This document shows positions 11,301 to 24,306 of a stretch of DNA of 64,000 nt, one piece after another. The DNA lies in assembly GCA_000934665.2 (NCBI GenBank), contig JYFJ02001733.1:1-64000 (forward strand), given 5' to 3'. Each line of letters opens with the position of its first letter. Positions within the stretch are counted from its first letter, which is position 1. Below the pieces are notes generated by a model, which was given only the letters and a program-made list of their open reading frames with translations, was not told the DNA's origin and did not search any database. The stretch comes from Catajapyx aquilonaris (lineage: Eukaryota). The position numbers and the translations under genes are program-made.

Positions 11301-14151
11301 GGCTTACGGTGAATGGATGTCATCTTGTCATTCCGGTGAACTTAGACAAACAAACAAACCAGACTTCTTCGCATATCCTCCGAAGCCTTTTCTGGTGGCT
11401 CATGTATATGCTACAGCTACACACAGTTCCTGCATGACTGCGTGCTACGCAATTTCCTCGTAGGTATATACACCGCTAACAGACGTACGAACCGACACGT
11501 GCCAATTACTCGTACATCACGTGTAGTCAAGGTCTATTATTATTATTATGACAGAAACCTGACCCATAGGTCCCTCCAGTATAAGGAGAGTAATGGGTAA
11601 AGGCTGGGCCACACCTCCCACAGCAAACATTATGACCCTTGGTTATTAGAGCTTACATGATGGCTGTTGGCTGCTGACCCAATGCGGTTGGATATTGCCC
11701 GTCAGTGACCCTGCCCCTTTCTCCAGCACATATCCTTCATGAGTTTCCTTCACGATGGTGATCCTACACACCTTGGACATCAGGCTAAGCATCGAAGAAC
11801 ACCAGCAATACATCTTGACACAAGCCTTTCTCTAAAACTTAATATTGTAGTACCATTTTCAAATCTCCCACTGCAGGTACTATAGGTCCTGCTGATGGTT
11901 TCATTCCAGATCAACGGTCACTGCAATAACTGATTCAGATAGGCTAATTACTCAGTGGCAATTATTGACAAGAAAGGCTTCTATTGTTGGCAAGGAATCC
12001 GTTGGAAATACTTATACACCGACCAGATGGACCAACTTCAACGTCTCCTGACGCACTAGTCGACAGTTAATTTTTAAACAGATAATTTGCATTGACATAA
12101 TATATTTACATAGACAATTGACATATGCCTACTTTTGCTCAGTACGGTACACGGCGGCAGTGTCTATTAGATAGCGGCATTTGGCAAGTGTTTGTTCCCT
12201 TTGGGAACTACTCACTTAGGGGCACACTGACAACGGAGACAAGCCATCTATCGAGGCTGATTACGGTACTGCAGCACATGGTGATAATATATGCAGAGGG
12301 AGACACCGTATAAGCAGTGACACAGCGAGGGAAATGTTTGTTCATTTAGCTTCTCTGCCATTTGAATCACTATTGTCATTGTGCCGCTTTTCTGCACAGC
12401 TCATCACTATACCAGTTCGACACAGTGCAGTGACATAACCAAGAACAAGAAATTACATTCGTTTCAGTTAGGACTCTATTTACAGGTCATTCCTGAAATG
12501 TCGCATGCAACTGGAACAATAACCTAGTATTCAACACATATGCTATACATATTTTTTGTACAGCTCTCCTCAATTTACACCAAGTATGGCGCCTACACCC
12601 CATTTCCGGTATGATGAAAGTGATAAGAAAATGCGTACAGGAACATCCTTCATCAACATGGGACGACAGTAGATCGATATTCAAACAACTCATGTCAAAT
12701 GGCGACGCGACTGGATGCGGTCTGGTGGTGCCAACAACTCAGCAATGAGATGGTATACTCCACCTGAGGCCCGTCCTCCCAACCATATAGTTATCCCTAC
12801 CGTAGTTACTCAAAAGGGCACCGCATTTATTGCTGAAAGTGATTGTTGTCTTGACAACATAACTCCAGAAAGAGGGAACTCGATGGATCAGGAGAGGCGA
12901 CATTTTCGCATCTCTCATACAGCGATTTGATTAACATCATAAGGAGCTTAGATTGATGACCTCCAGACGCTGAGGCGAAAGTCGTGACATCATCGATGCC
13001 CACATTACATGAACATACCCTAGTACTATGAAGGCATAATTATTATCTGCCGAAACCTTTGACGTTAGATGCCTTTAAATGGGATGATGACTGCAGGATG
13101 CTGCATATTGCCGAATAATTATTCATCTTTCAGAAGTTTAAACCATAATATGACCATGGTGCAACCTACTTGAACAGGACGCATTGAACGGATATTGTGA
13201 AGGTCACTTGTTGTCAAGGTTCATGAATGAAACAGGTGTTTCAGTGTGATTGTATTTTTTCAGCCTGAAGAACCGAAGTAAACTGTCATATTTATATCGT
13301 TCAGTGCAAGAGCTGTCAAATCACTAGCATTTATTTGTATGCAACAAGTAGAAACCGCAAATTTGTCTATATAACTAGAACCATAAACTTGTACACATGG
13401 TTTGGCTCATCTGCATGAGATAAATATTATTGAATAGACCAACCCCAACCACTTTTGTCGTACAGAACTACTGTATATATAAATATAACCAGAATATTCA
13501 TTTATGTTGACCAGCTACATCCTTCTGTAAACACAGTTGTGCTTGCAAGTGTACCGAGTACTGGAACTACGTATATACTGGCAGACAGAATATTTCCACT
13601 GAAAACCGTTGAACGTGCCTGGTATCTTCAGGAGAAGACGTGCGATACTTTCACCTTCTGAAGAAACTCACTTTTACCCGGAGGTTGATTGAGTGATGGT
13701 TTATATTGGTGCAACAGCAGCACTGGCTATATAATCACCAGGAGGAGATTTTACCAACAACGTATAATATATGAGTCATAACCTTGTTCTTGTCAAATAT
13801 GAAGGACAAACACGTGGATGTGCGAGGACCCATTGCTTATTGTGCCAATGGGGAAGACAAGTGGACAACAATATACCGGTATACCACCACATCATGAGTA
13901 TAATTATTGCTTATTAGCTTAATACCCGTAAAATCAATGGAACATGCTTGAGCCAGCACTTCGACTTATCAGTTCCTATACTATAATACACTCCCATGCG
14001 CAGGCAGAAGCTCAAACGCCTGACAAGCTCCTTGACCTCCGACCCGACTGACCTCCGACCCGGAGATTCCAGGAACCGCGTCCCACCCTCGACCTCGTCC
14101 TCCGTTCGAATGATTCCAAACAATTATTATTTCCCTTGTACTTTGTTGACA

Positions 14152-14184
14152 GTTTCCGTGGCAACGACACATTCCGTGACGTCA
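14152..14184. promoter_or_regulatory. Candidate RFX X-box plus CRE motif cluster
   Basis: GTTTCCGTGGCAAC (14152-14165) fits the X-box pattern and TGACGTCA lies at 14177-14184. Further GGCAAC half-sites occur near 14192 and 14326. No downstream gene was identified. Confidence 0.25.
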
Positions 14185-14189
14185 TCTCC

Positions 14190-14400
14190 ACGGCAACCAA
14201 ACAATACACAACAAACAGGGATGCCAACAGTGGTCGAGTGTCGGGCAGATCTTGTTGTTCGAAATTGCTGTTCCAAATCCCACCGTGCAAATCCTTCGCT
14301 TCATTGTTGACGAGGTCGCATCCATGGCAACCGACAACACAGTGCAATGCACAGGGACGCCAACAATGTGTAGGAGTCGTGCTGATTGTTGTTCGATTTC
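14190..14400 (+). repeat. Diverged tandem duplication, period about 135 bp
   Basis: GGCAACC..ACAA..CAGGGATGCCAACA..TTGTTGTTCGA occurs at about 14192-14262 and again as GGCAACC..CAGGGACGCCAACA..TTGTTGTTCGA at about 14326-14396. Confidence 0.7.
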
Positions 14401-14453
14401 TATATTATGCCAATCGTAATATTGTCGTCGCGTTCTTTCGTTTGTCGCCATAA

Positions 14454-15200
14454 GGGCCTCTTTACACGTTCCACAAAGTTGAAGCAACTTGCGGATGACG
14501 TCATGAGGGGGCGGAGCTACCTGCCTGATGAGAGGGAGGCCACCGCCTTCCCCCACCGACTCTTGCAAGATGGCGCCCGCGCTCAGAACACCACTCCTTG
14601 CTGCTACTGCGATAGGAGCCACGTCGATTTTGGTCATGTACGACGAGGAGGAGAAGCGGGAGAGGGCAGCTCGGGCATGATTTTTTTTTTATTGCAAGCA
14701 TTTTGAGGATGATCTCGTCAGAGAAGAGCAGAAAGACATAAGAAAAGGCGGTGGTGGGTGCGACGGTTCATATCGCGGGGAGATGAAATGGGCGCATTCG
14801 CTGTCTTGTACACAGAGCTACGAGTATACAGAGCTACAGTGCTCGAGCAGCTTGTCCACTGCCTCGTCCCGCCAGCTCGCACTCCTTCCCCCCTTGCGCC
14901 CCTGGGATTCTTCCACGGATTCGGGCACCAAATTCGGTTTCCTACTGGAGGTCATTCCATTCCTCCTCACTTTCCGCCATCTTGGCCGGTGGTGGGGAGG
15001 CTGGAGAGGCAGGCCAAGTTGAAAGAAAATAGAGCATGTTCTATTTTTCTTTCAACTTTGGCCACGCCCCCTGAGTGTCCCAACGCCCCGCCCTCTCCCA
15101 CCTTTCAACTGTGGAGCCTGCACGTTTACACGGTCAACTTTGTTGCAGTGACGTCATGCAACAAAGTTGCTTCAACTTTGTGGAACGTGTAAAGAGGCCC
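14454..15200. mobile_element. PIF/Harbinger non-autonomous element (747 bp)
   Basis: Perfect 37-bp TIRs GGGCCTCTTTACACGTTCCACAAAGTTGAAGCAACTT (14454-14490 / 15164-15200). TAA TSD at 14451-53 and 15201-03. Confidence 0.95.
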
Positions 15201-15329
15201 TAAAATCTACATAAAATCACTAATTATTATTTCCATGATCTGGGTTGGCAACACTCCCTCGTAGAATAGCAACCAAAGCTGTGATGCCAAATCAGGCAAC
15301 TTAAGGGGAAAGCGCCATTCACATTCAAT

Positions 15330-15550
15330 TAGTTCCGGCAACAGTGGGGGCTCGAATGGTTGGCAACAATGAGAGAGTTTATTGACATAATCGCTGGTGG
15401 GCAGAGCGACCGCAATGAAATCAACAAACCTGTTCCAAACAGTCTGAAGGAAGCGGCAGGAGAGAGAGGATGGTGGTCACTCTTCAGCTTGTGTTCTGAA
15501 GGGTCAAACAGGTCAGAGGTCAACGCCCTGTACGTGATGGTGCCTCTAAA
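15330..15550 (-). mobile_element. LINE RT relic (RPISLL region)
   Basis: SDLFDPSE / HPLS-LLPLPSDCLEQV resembles GDxxDPSNYRPISLLPxxSKxLExV across one frameshift. Confidence 0.4.
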
Positions 15551-15956
15551 CATACTCTTAGCTCACGCGTGTTTTCTTGCACACATAGAGAACTACTTGA
15601 CTTTTTCAACTTGGAATGTTGGGTTTGTCCTATTTGTCCTACTGTCGTCGGTCGGTCTTCCTCTTCCTTTCACTTGGTTGATATATAGCCTGCTATTCGA
15701 CTTTAAAAAAAAATTAATTGTCCAAGGTTCTGTTCATTATTAATGTTAATGGTCAACTAATTAGTCTTGCTCGTATTATTCGAAGACTTTGGCTATATAC
15801 AGTCTAGGGCAAAACGCTCCCTACAGTATAGGTTTTCGTGGTCAGTTGGCCAGCAGTTGCCAAGAGCAACGGAGGTTGTTGACAGGCCCACAGACTGATG
15901 ATGAACAGTCAGTGGACATCAGTGGTCGTTTCCAGGACGTTCCAGTATATGATTGA

Positions 15957-16099
15957 GGGCCGTTTTCTCGAACAGTGGTTCAAACCGGGTTCAAAGCCAG
16001 TTTAATCCCTGATTTGATTGTTGTTAGGCTGTTGTCAAGGGTTTAAACTGGCTTTGAACTGGGTTTACATTTGAACCATACTGTTCGAGAAAACGGCCC
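15957..16099. mobile_element. PIF/Harbinger-type foldback MITE (143 bp)
   Basis: Perfect 20-bp TIR GGGCCGTTTTCTCGAACAGT, extending imperfectly inward. TGA TSD at 15954-56 and 16100-02. Confidence 0.92.
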
Positions 16100-16379
16100 T
16101 GAAAGTATGTCGATGCCGCGTCCCGTTTCCCAAAGGACGGCGTCTCTTGGTTGGGTTCCCGGAATGGTTTCTCCTTCATTGTCGGAGCCTGAGAGAGGCG
16201 ACAATGTGGACGACGAAGATATCCGCTTGCTCTTTCTGTTCAGCTGGTTAATATATGTAGCAATACTAACTGTCGTGTGATTTAATATTTACATGTAATG
16301 TCGCCATGCTGCAGGTATTTACGGGGATAGAGCATTTCCAATTTTAAAAATATGAAATTAAACGAAAATGCAGTAGTTA

Positions 16380-18384
16380 TAATATTCTAGTATCCGGTTC
16401 TAGTATCTGTCTGTAATAGCTGCTTATTGGGACATGTTGAATAATAATAATAATTCGACATAAGGACATATCATGGCTGACCCTCCACGCCGTTTGGTCA
16501 AGAGCTGTCTCATAGTAAGTTACATCCGTATATGAAAAATCGGAGAAAAGGGGAGGCCAACAATGGCCTCAGATAATAATAGTTATGCAGAGGGGGTAAT
16601 ACTATTCAGTTATATTTGCGCGTCGTGATTCGTGCTGCACTGCCTTTAGAGAGGAGTTGCATGTCGTTAGATGTTGTCCCTGTAGAAAGTTATACTTATT
16701 GTCACTCCCACTTGGAAAAGGTGACTCATGTAAATTTTGGCCCATAATAATTATTATATTATGTGACATCCGGACAGATGTATCACCTATGTCGACTCTC
16801 TCTCTAACGAGATGTGATGATCTTATGAGAAGATCTTTGCTTCGACCACGTTCTGGTAAAACCGTTTTGCTTTTTTGGACTGTTTCCAGAATTCCTGAAT
16901 TTTACCTCGAAGGCTACTTCCTCAAAGAAATCTCCCTGTCGAATTATATGATATTGCTTTGATTGGCTTGTTTTGTTTATAACAACGCAAACTCTGATGG
17001 GACTTCTCTGGGCTGTCCCAGGGCCTGCGTCTCATGTATTCACGTAACATGATGTTCATTAAATGTGTAGCAGGCCATCCCTTGTGGCTCATACAGTTAT
17101 ACTGTATATTATATTCGCACATTAAATATCATTAATACAGTGTCCATTTCCTGCGAATGCTTGACATTGTGGGTCTGCAATTAAGGTGAATTGATCTTTA
17201 CTTATTATGTAAGTTACGTATATGATTACTTTAGAAGTTTGGAGCATCTGACATGTGCTCCAGATTTTTTTAAAACAAATATTACCTGTATGTGAGATTC
17301 CTATTGGGTCCCTCCTTATTCGCTGGTGCCCCATTTTTTGGGACCGTAATGGGTGATGATATACTCACTGCTGTGACAATCACCATTTTGATTATTATTA
17401 TTATCACTATATTTTACGTTTATGAGAAAAAATGAAGGGTGTCGGAGACTTTAATGCGTTTCTCACTGAAGCAGAAACTAACGGAATGTATTTTGACGCC
17501 TTAGTTCAGCATTGTAGTGGCTGAGCTGTATCATCACTTGCACGGGTTTCATATGCCTGTTGAGTGAAATGATTGATGTAGCACATAATCCAGACGCGCA
17601 CTAGAATGCAATAATTTGAATGTTCATCTGGATTATTTTAGAAGCATGATTCCTTCGATTCTATCTGCTTCTCCAGTAGTCTATACAGTCCGGATTAATT
17701 GTTATTATGTCAGGCTACTGCTTCTCGTCGTGGTCCTAATCCCATATAGGCATCACTCGACCTCAGATCTCGACCCATGCGATGCGATAATAATGCGATA
17801 ATGCGATAATAATCCGATGTATAGCTGGCGTTCAAATTCACCTGAAATTTCTCAACTCTAGAACAAAGGCCTTCATCACTACTGAGAGGAAAGATATTGA
17901 AAATCTGAATCTCACTCTACCCCATAATGTAAGTTAATGATATACCAGCTGTAACAACCTCCATCAAAAGGTGCCGCGGCGTCCACTGAAAAATCGATCC
18001 TAGAAGACATCCTGACGTCTGCTCCTCTATCTTAAACAAAGGTCTGGCAAACGTCCGACGGCTTGCTGAATTATCCCTGGTGGGTCATGGACGCCCTCCT
18101 GACCGTAGCTGCTCCTGAATCGAATCATGATCTCGTAGGAGTGGCTGATCAATGTTGGCTGATCCAAAGTTGGTAGGTTGTAGATTGGCAATCTCCTAAC
18201 GGACCCCGGTATAGGTCAAAATAATAACGGAACATCCGATTGAAGGGTATAAGTGTTGAAATAATAATGGAGTGTAAGTTACGGGACACTCATGTGGGGG
18301 GTGAATTATTAATTATTGTGCATATTCAGTTACATCGCCCCTTCCTGTCTTCCTTTACAGTGCTTACAGTCATTTGTACGTTAC

Positions 18385-18454
<70 letters not shown>

Positions 18455-18690
18455 AATATAATATTTTGATACCCTTAGTTAGTGAGAAGCCAGTTAGTCG
18501 CAATTGCCATTCAAATAATGTCCATTTCACTGACTGTGAGAGTTATAATGTGTCTACGACTAATGACAGCCTTATGCGATTATGATTTTATCCGTAATAC
18601 CATGCAGGTATGTGAATATTTGCGGCGATGAAGTGTTTTCCAATTTTAAGATATAAAATGAAACGAAAAATGTAGTATACATGTAAGTAA
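16380..18690 (-). mobile_element. Copy A of a decayed repeat family, probably a hAT transposase relic
   Basis: Colinear similarity to 22500-23120, 25510-26620 and 27090-27290, e.g. shared AAAAATCGGAGAAAAGGGGA..CCAACAATGGCCTCAGATAATAATAGTTATGCAGAGGGGG. Minus-strand peptides SHSYEIMIRF and FYQNVVEAKI are seen. Confidence 0.6.
18387..18453. repeat. (AAT)n microsatellite, paralogous to 26619-26700
   Basis: Both arrays follow a similar ...CAGT.ATT.GTAC..TACGT context. Confidence 0.95.
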
Positions 18691-19429
18691 ATATAAGAAA
18701 CTTATTGCCGAGGTGAAACTCGTTTGAATAATATTCCCTCTGTGATTTGTTAAAATCGTGGTGTTCGCCCATATATATTCGGTCATGTCAGGGTTAATGG
18801 TGCTAGAATGTGATGTTTGAATTATTAAATATTCCAATATCAGGTTATCGGTCGTCAGAGGCTGGAGTAATGTGGACGTTCTCGTCGAAACATACATATC
18901 TATACTTCATATAGCCTACCGGCAATATACTGCAAGCTAGGGAGTGGCACATTTTAAATGTCGTCTTTGGGTTTAATTTTTGTCGGTTGACACAAGAACC
19001 ACGAGGACATAAAGTTGGACCTCGCCGGTGGAGAACTTTTAATTACGAGGTGCAAAGGTGGTTATTTATCCTTATCTCAGTGTGTGACGTTTGCCTAGAA
19101 TCATCTCTCCAAAATTTGAAGGAAGATTGCATATACGTGAGTACGTGACGTGTGTTAACATGTTGGTCAGTAATTTTTTGTTTTGTGGGCGCCTGATCCG
19201 ATTCACCTGAAAGTGAATGCTATTCACAATAATTACATTTAAAGAGAACATGTACTGTAGCTTTTGAAGAATATCTGAGCCGGAGAATAAATGTTTAATT
19301 GTGATTATTATATCTTTATTAATGTTAATTTCCAGCAAAATATTCAATAATAACAGCTTGGAAATTAAACAAAATCATACGCATCTTGATAACTAATCAT
19401 TTGCATATAATTTATACTTGATCGTATAA

Positions 19430-20030
19430 TCCGCCTTGACGTCTCCTCGCATTATATGGCGGCCTACTTGTCCAAAGCCAACACCTTCTTCAACTCTCCC
19501 TCAAGTCCCTTGAACTTATCAGTGGTACTGGACACTCTCTTGTTCCTCGGACGACGTCCAACTTCTCGGTTTTTCCCGTAAGGGCTCTTCCGGATGGAGG
19601 TCTGGAGATTGGCTTATGGGACAGTCCATTATTGCCATCCGCTTCTGGTGCAGACAGGTGCGGATTATAGCCCGGAGGAGTGCGTGCTTCGTCTGGTCAG
19701 TTGTCGTGCTGGGTCATGAGAGATTGGCCAAGCACACTCCTTATGCATAGGGCCACTCTCGGAGGATATCCTTGCACTCCTCCTTGGTCATGATTCTGTC
19801 AATCTAGACCGACTCCAAGGATGCTGAAGCTGCCCCAGACCACCACGTACCGGCATACATCCTCCACCATTTTGTGCATTTGGCGTTACCTTTGGAACGA
19901 CAAACTTTGGCTTTTCCGTCCGTTACAATCATCAGAAGATATTTCGATTGGGCTGATACCAGAGGATTCGATACCAGATTCGGTTGACCAGAGGACACGG
20001 CATGTCTGAATTTCAGCTCAGTCGGATCAC
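19430..20030 (-). mobile_element. Tc1-family (DD34E) transposase relic
   Basis: Motifs in order across frameshifts: VLWSTES (VLWSDES), DGKAKVCRSKG, NGGG..VVVWGSFSILGVG, IDRIMTKEECKDIL, LGQSLMTQHDN (FQHDNDPKH) and IMDCPISQSPDLHPEE (MEWPSQSPDLNPIE). Confidence 0.88.
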
Positions 20031-21294
20031 TTTTTTTTTGAAAAAAAGTTGCTGCTGTAATATTGCAGAAACTCGGCAGCAAGAGAGCTACATCGTCCAG
20101 ATCATGACAAATGGATTTGCCTTGTATGTGCCTGACATAGATAACAGAATGTTCACTATATTATGGTAATCCGTAAAGGAAATCCACATACAGTATTCCA
20201 ATAAAATACACATGTAATTATTTTATTCCGCATAATTATTTTCTCCCCCATGGATTGCGTGTCTGTTCACGTGTCATTCCCGTTCCGAACACTATACGAA
20301 GTAATTATGTGCAATTGGACTGTGTTGGCTGACAGCATAGGTATGAAGCATCAGTCAACTTCACGGATGCGACTCTTGTGACCGGCTGAAGCGACTGGAG
20401 TCTGACCCTGCAATACTTGCTGGAGAGCTCGTGTGGTTTTCCAGCAGTTGTTGTTGTCCAAGGCTGTCTAGTCCAACGACAAGATGCACGAAAGCGAAAG
20501 GTCGTGCCGTAAACTATAAAATTATAGAACTATGGAGCTTGCATGCCCATTTCCAGCGCGGGGCAGCCATGTTTAGTTGTGCCAAATGGTCGGACATTTT
20601 CCCTTAGTTCCATTATTTTGACACCTCCACCCTCAAGAGTAGACCATACTCATCGTATCATGTGCACCACGAATCCTCATCATATACTAATAACATGCAT
20701 AATTCTAACTTAATTGAAAGCAATGAGCACACACTGTAATATTTAATGGATATGAAATGGGTTATAACCTATACCGAAGCATGTAACTTTCACTGATTGT
20801 GACACAAAGCTGCCTTCATGCAGATAACTTACATTGTGGTTAATTTTACCTTCATTGTTGCAGGTACGGTCAAAATCAATGGGTCGAGTGTCTGACTGAC
20901 TGAACTTAAATTTAGGTGCGAAAGTATACAGTTTTTCGCAAACAGTGTAAGGGGAGAGATGTTTTCTGAAGTGCCATTCACAGACACTTCAGAACAGGCC
21001 TTGTGGTAAGTGACAAAAGTGTATAAAGTTTGTGTATTGTCAGCTGGTGCTGTCCTACATCCCTATACCGTGTTATATGGCCTTCTATAATTATCCTTGA
21101 CAGTGAACAAAGCCCCATTCTTTCCTAACCTCCTACCCGTAAGATGCCAGAGGCTTATCGGAATTATTTACTTCAGAAGTCCCTTCGGGAGTCCGTTGGA
21201 AGTCCGTCCCGAGCTCGTCTGAACAGACCATCTTCTGACTTTAAGGGAAAGATACGTGAAAAGTACTGCTCTAAATCCCAATAATTCCTTTGTG

Positions 21295-22290
21295 CACGTG
21301 ACATGTGATACTGTCTCTACACAGGCGTTCCTGTGAAGGGTGAATAATTGTACTTGTAGTTGGCTAATTAAACATAATATGCCTAATATTATAATATTGT
21401 CAACGTGGTCATTTAGTCGTAATATCTATTTAGAAATACGATTGTGTCATAGCTGGTATAGCGAAGGAATGGGTACAGGGTGAGGGGAGACAGATGACCA
21501 ACTGCCTCCCCGCGGAAAAGTATAAATACGGCCCTGATTGTGGGCTATGTCCGTTATAATTTGTGGACACAACTTTAGTAAACGGTCAGTTTCTACTGCT
21601 TTTGTAACAACAGTAATATTTGAGTTTTATGGAGACTCTTCCTCAACTCCTGCGTACTGTACCATAACTATCCGATTTAGAGTTTCAGTATCCCATATAG
21701 GACAACAACTTAAGAACGCGAAGTAATTTCTCGATACGATAGTAGATGCTCCTGATGAATGGTTGCCGTCGGAGCGTGAACAAGGTCATTTCTGATCAAA
21801 TTGTGCTTATATGCTGCGTGTGTATGCGTGTGTATGTCCATGCTGGCAAAATTATTCATTTGCCAGTCAATCCGTAACAAGAGTCTGCGTATAGTAGGTA
21901 GTATTGAGATAGAAGTGTAACACCCTCTGCAACGTCCTTGTGCACTGATACAGTAAAGAGAGGTACTGGTAAGGGAGTATAGTATGCGTTAGAATTCGAT
22001 TTATTTCACTTTTATACCGAATAAATTATTGGAATTCGGGACAGACTTCTAGGTTGTGTATAGGGGCTGCCTATAGGGAAGCAATATATTTGAGATGGGA
22101 CACCCATGGTCGGAAACCAATCTTAAAATAACGTGTGGAGTTAGTCTGTTTAGACCACCTTATTCTCAGTTTAAGAGAATGACACATGTGACATGTGATA
22201 CTCTCTCCCCACACAACCTTTCCTGTGAAGGCCGAAGGGTGAATTATTGTAGTGACTAATTAAATATGCAATTATTGTAATATTGGCAAA
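21295..22290 (+). repeat. Diverged direct repeat pair (about 110 bp): about 21295-21405 and 22185-22290
   Basis: Shared GTGACATGTGATACT.TCTC..TTCCTGTGAAGG..GTGAAT.ATTGTA..CTAATTAAA..TAATATTG. Confidence 0.8.
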
Positions 22291-23271
22291 CATTGTCCAT
22301 TCAAGTTCAAGCTGCAGGTTTTTTCCAGCTTGGGATCAATCGCTCTGAATACATTGTCCAGCATGTCTCTAATGATTTGTGGACGTAGGTTGAGTCCATT
22401 AAGCCGCCATGAAAGTCTTTCGCCATGATTTTTGGAAGCGCGCGAGTCGCAATCCATTCGTTCTCTAACAACTCTATCCTGTCTATAGTATTTAATAGCT
22501 CTAATATCTAGTATACTGATCTAGTATCTATTCGTAATCGCTTCTTTTATTGGGACATGGTGAATAATTATTCGGCATCATGGCCGACCCTCCTCGCGGT
22601 TTGGTCAAGAGCTCTGTAAGTTACATCCGCACGAAAAATCGGAGAAAAGGGGAAGCCAACAATGGCCTCAGATAATAATAGTTATGCAGAGGGGGCAGCT
22701 TCCTTTGGTAATAAGTAGTACCCGAAGGAACGGTGCAGAAGCCTCATGAGCTACATGTTCTGTACGGCGCGTCGTGATTCGTGCTGACCTTGCCCCGTTA
22801 TCTGTTGGCCCTGCAGAAAGTCACTTCGCATTGCCTCTTGAAGAAGTCGAAATACGCAATAATTGCGGTACTATAGCCTATAGTATATATGATGTAGCTT
22901 CGGGTTAGATGCACCCTTGTCCGACGTGATCTGATGATCTGATGAGATCTTTGCTTCCACCATCTTCTGGTAAAGCCATTCTTCTTTGCCTTCTTTGTCC
23001 ACCGGATTGTCTGAATCCCAGCCTCTCTCTGGATCACCCACGCAGATCATCACTGAATGACATGCGAGGAGTCGGAAAGAAGAGATGTCATGATTATTTT
23101 GGAGCTTGATCGAATGCATCTCAATTTGTTTTACAAAGCCAACTCTACACCATACTATAATATGTAATATACTCTATTACCGGTAATATGTTGTGCATAC
23201 TCATTGCATTCTGGTGGCTGGACAAGCGTGTATAGAAAAGCTGGATGATGTAAGTACTGATGTAAGACTCG

Positions 23272-23357
23272 TGCCTGGTTGCACCAACAAAATTAGGTAC
23301 AACCTATCGGTCCGTTAGGAGCTATCGGACCGGTAATTTTGTTGGTGCAACCAGGCA
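23272..23357. mobile_element. Harbinger-type MITE (86 bp)
   Basis: Perfect 24-bp TIR TGCCTGGTTGCACCAACAAAATTA. TCG direct repeat at 23269-71 and 23358-60. Confidence 0.88.
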
Positions 23358-23549
23358 TCGGACCCTTTTGGCACGACGACACTGATATTTATGTTGCTTG
23401 CTGAAGTATTTTTTAAATTATTTATTTACCAATTTCATTAAACCAGGCAAGGGCAGAGTAACGGAAAAGAATAAGGTGTGACCTCCTGTCTATAGAGTTG
23501 ATCGCCAACTACTGGATAGTGGATGGTGCCTTGCGCCTGCTTTAAATTC

Positions 23550-24240
23550 TGGTGAGGCACGACTATATACGTCGCACCAACATTATTTGGCTTGATCATT
23601 CTGGCCAGAACTGTGGCGTATTGTCAAATACTCCGCTGTTGCACAATATGTACACAGACACACAAACATCACGGTATTGTCGCGTGGAGGGGCAGCCAGC
23701 AATGCCTATATTTCTTCATCCTGAGGCGTCGTGAAGTTTTCTTTCCTCGTCTGTACGATGAAACCTCTGCTTTCAGCGTTCCTGACAGCCTTCTCCATCA
23801 CCTTCTTCCGGACAGTGCCCTTGGAAACGTGAAGGCTGTTGGACGCATATTCTCTATGTCTTCAACTGAACAGGAAGCCTCATGGGCCGTTGCGAGAGCT
23901 GCTGGCAGGAGTCGGAGGAATGGTGTTCCGCGTGTGAGGCCGGTCACTCGATCGAAAATTACCCTTCTTGCCTTCTTGGTGATGGTAAAGAGGCGGGCGG
24001 CGGCAGCCCTGCCCATGGCCGTGTTTATGGCGTTCTTCACTTGCACCGTGATGTTTCGTTCGGGTGAGTCTTAGCCACGTATGGCACGAATTATTGCTCG
24101 TAAGAACAGCTTGTTCCCCGCTTCACAGCCAGAGTTTTTTAGAACCATCCCCCTGTATCTTGCCCTATATGTAGTGCAAGCGGCTACTACCTGTTGCCTT
24201 GAAGTCGTTGTGCGTGCACGCCCATAATAATAATAACAAC

Positions 24241-24306
<66 letters not shown>

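Noticed and set aside
13996..15192. Cluster of overlapping 100-150 aa ORFs
   Set aside because: They arise from the GC-richer MITE and adjacent duplication; no transposase or other motifs.
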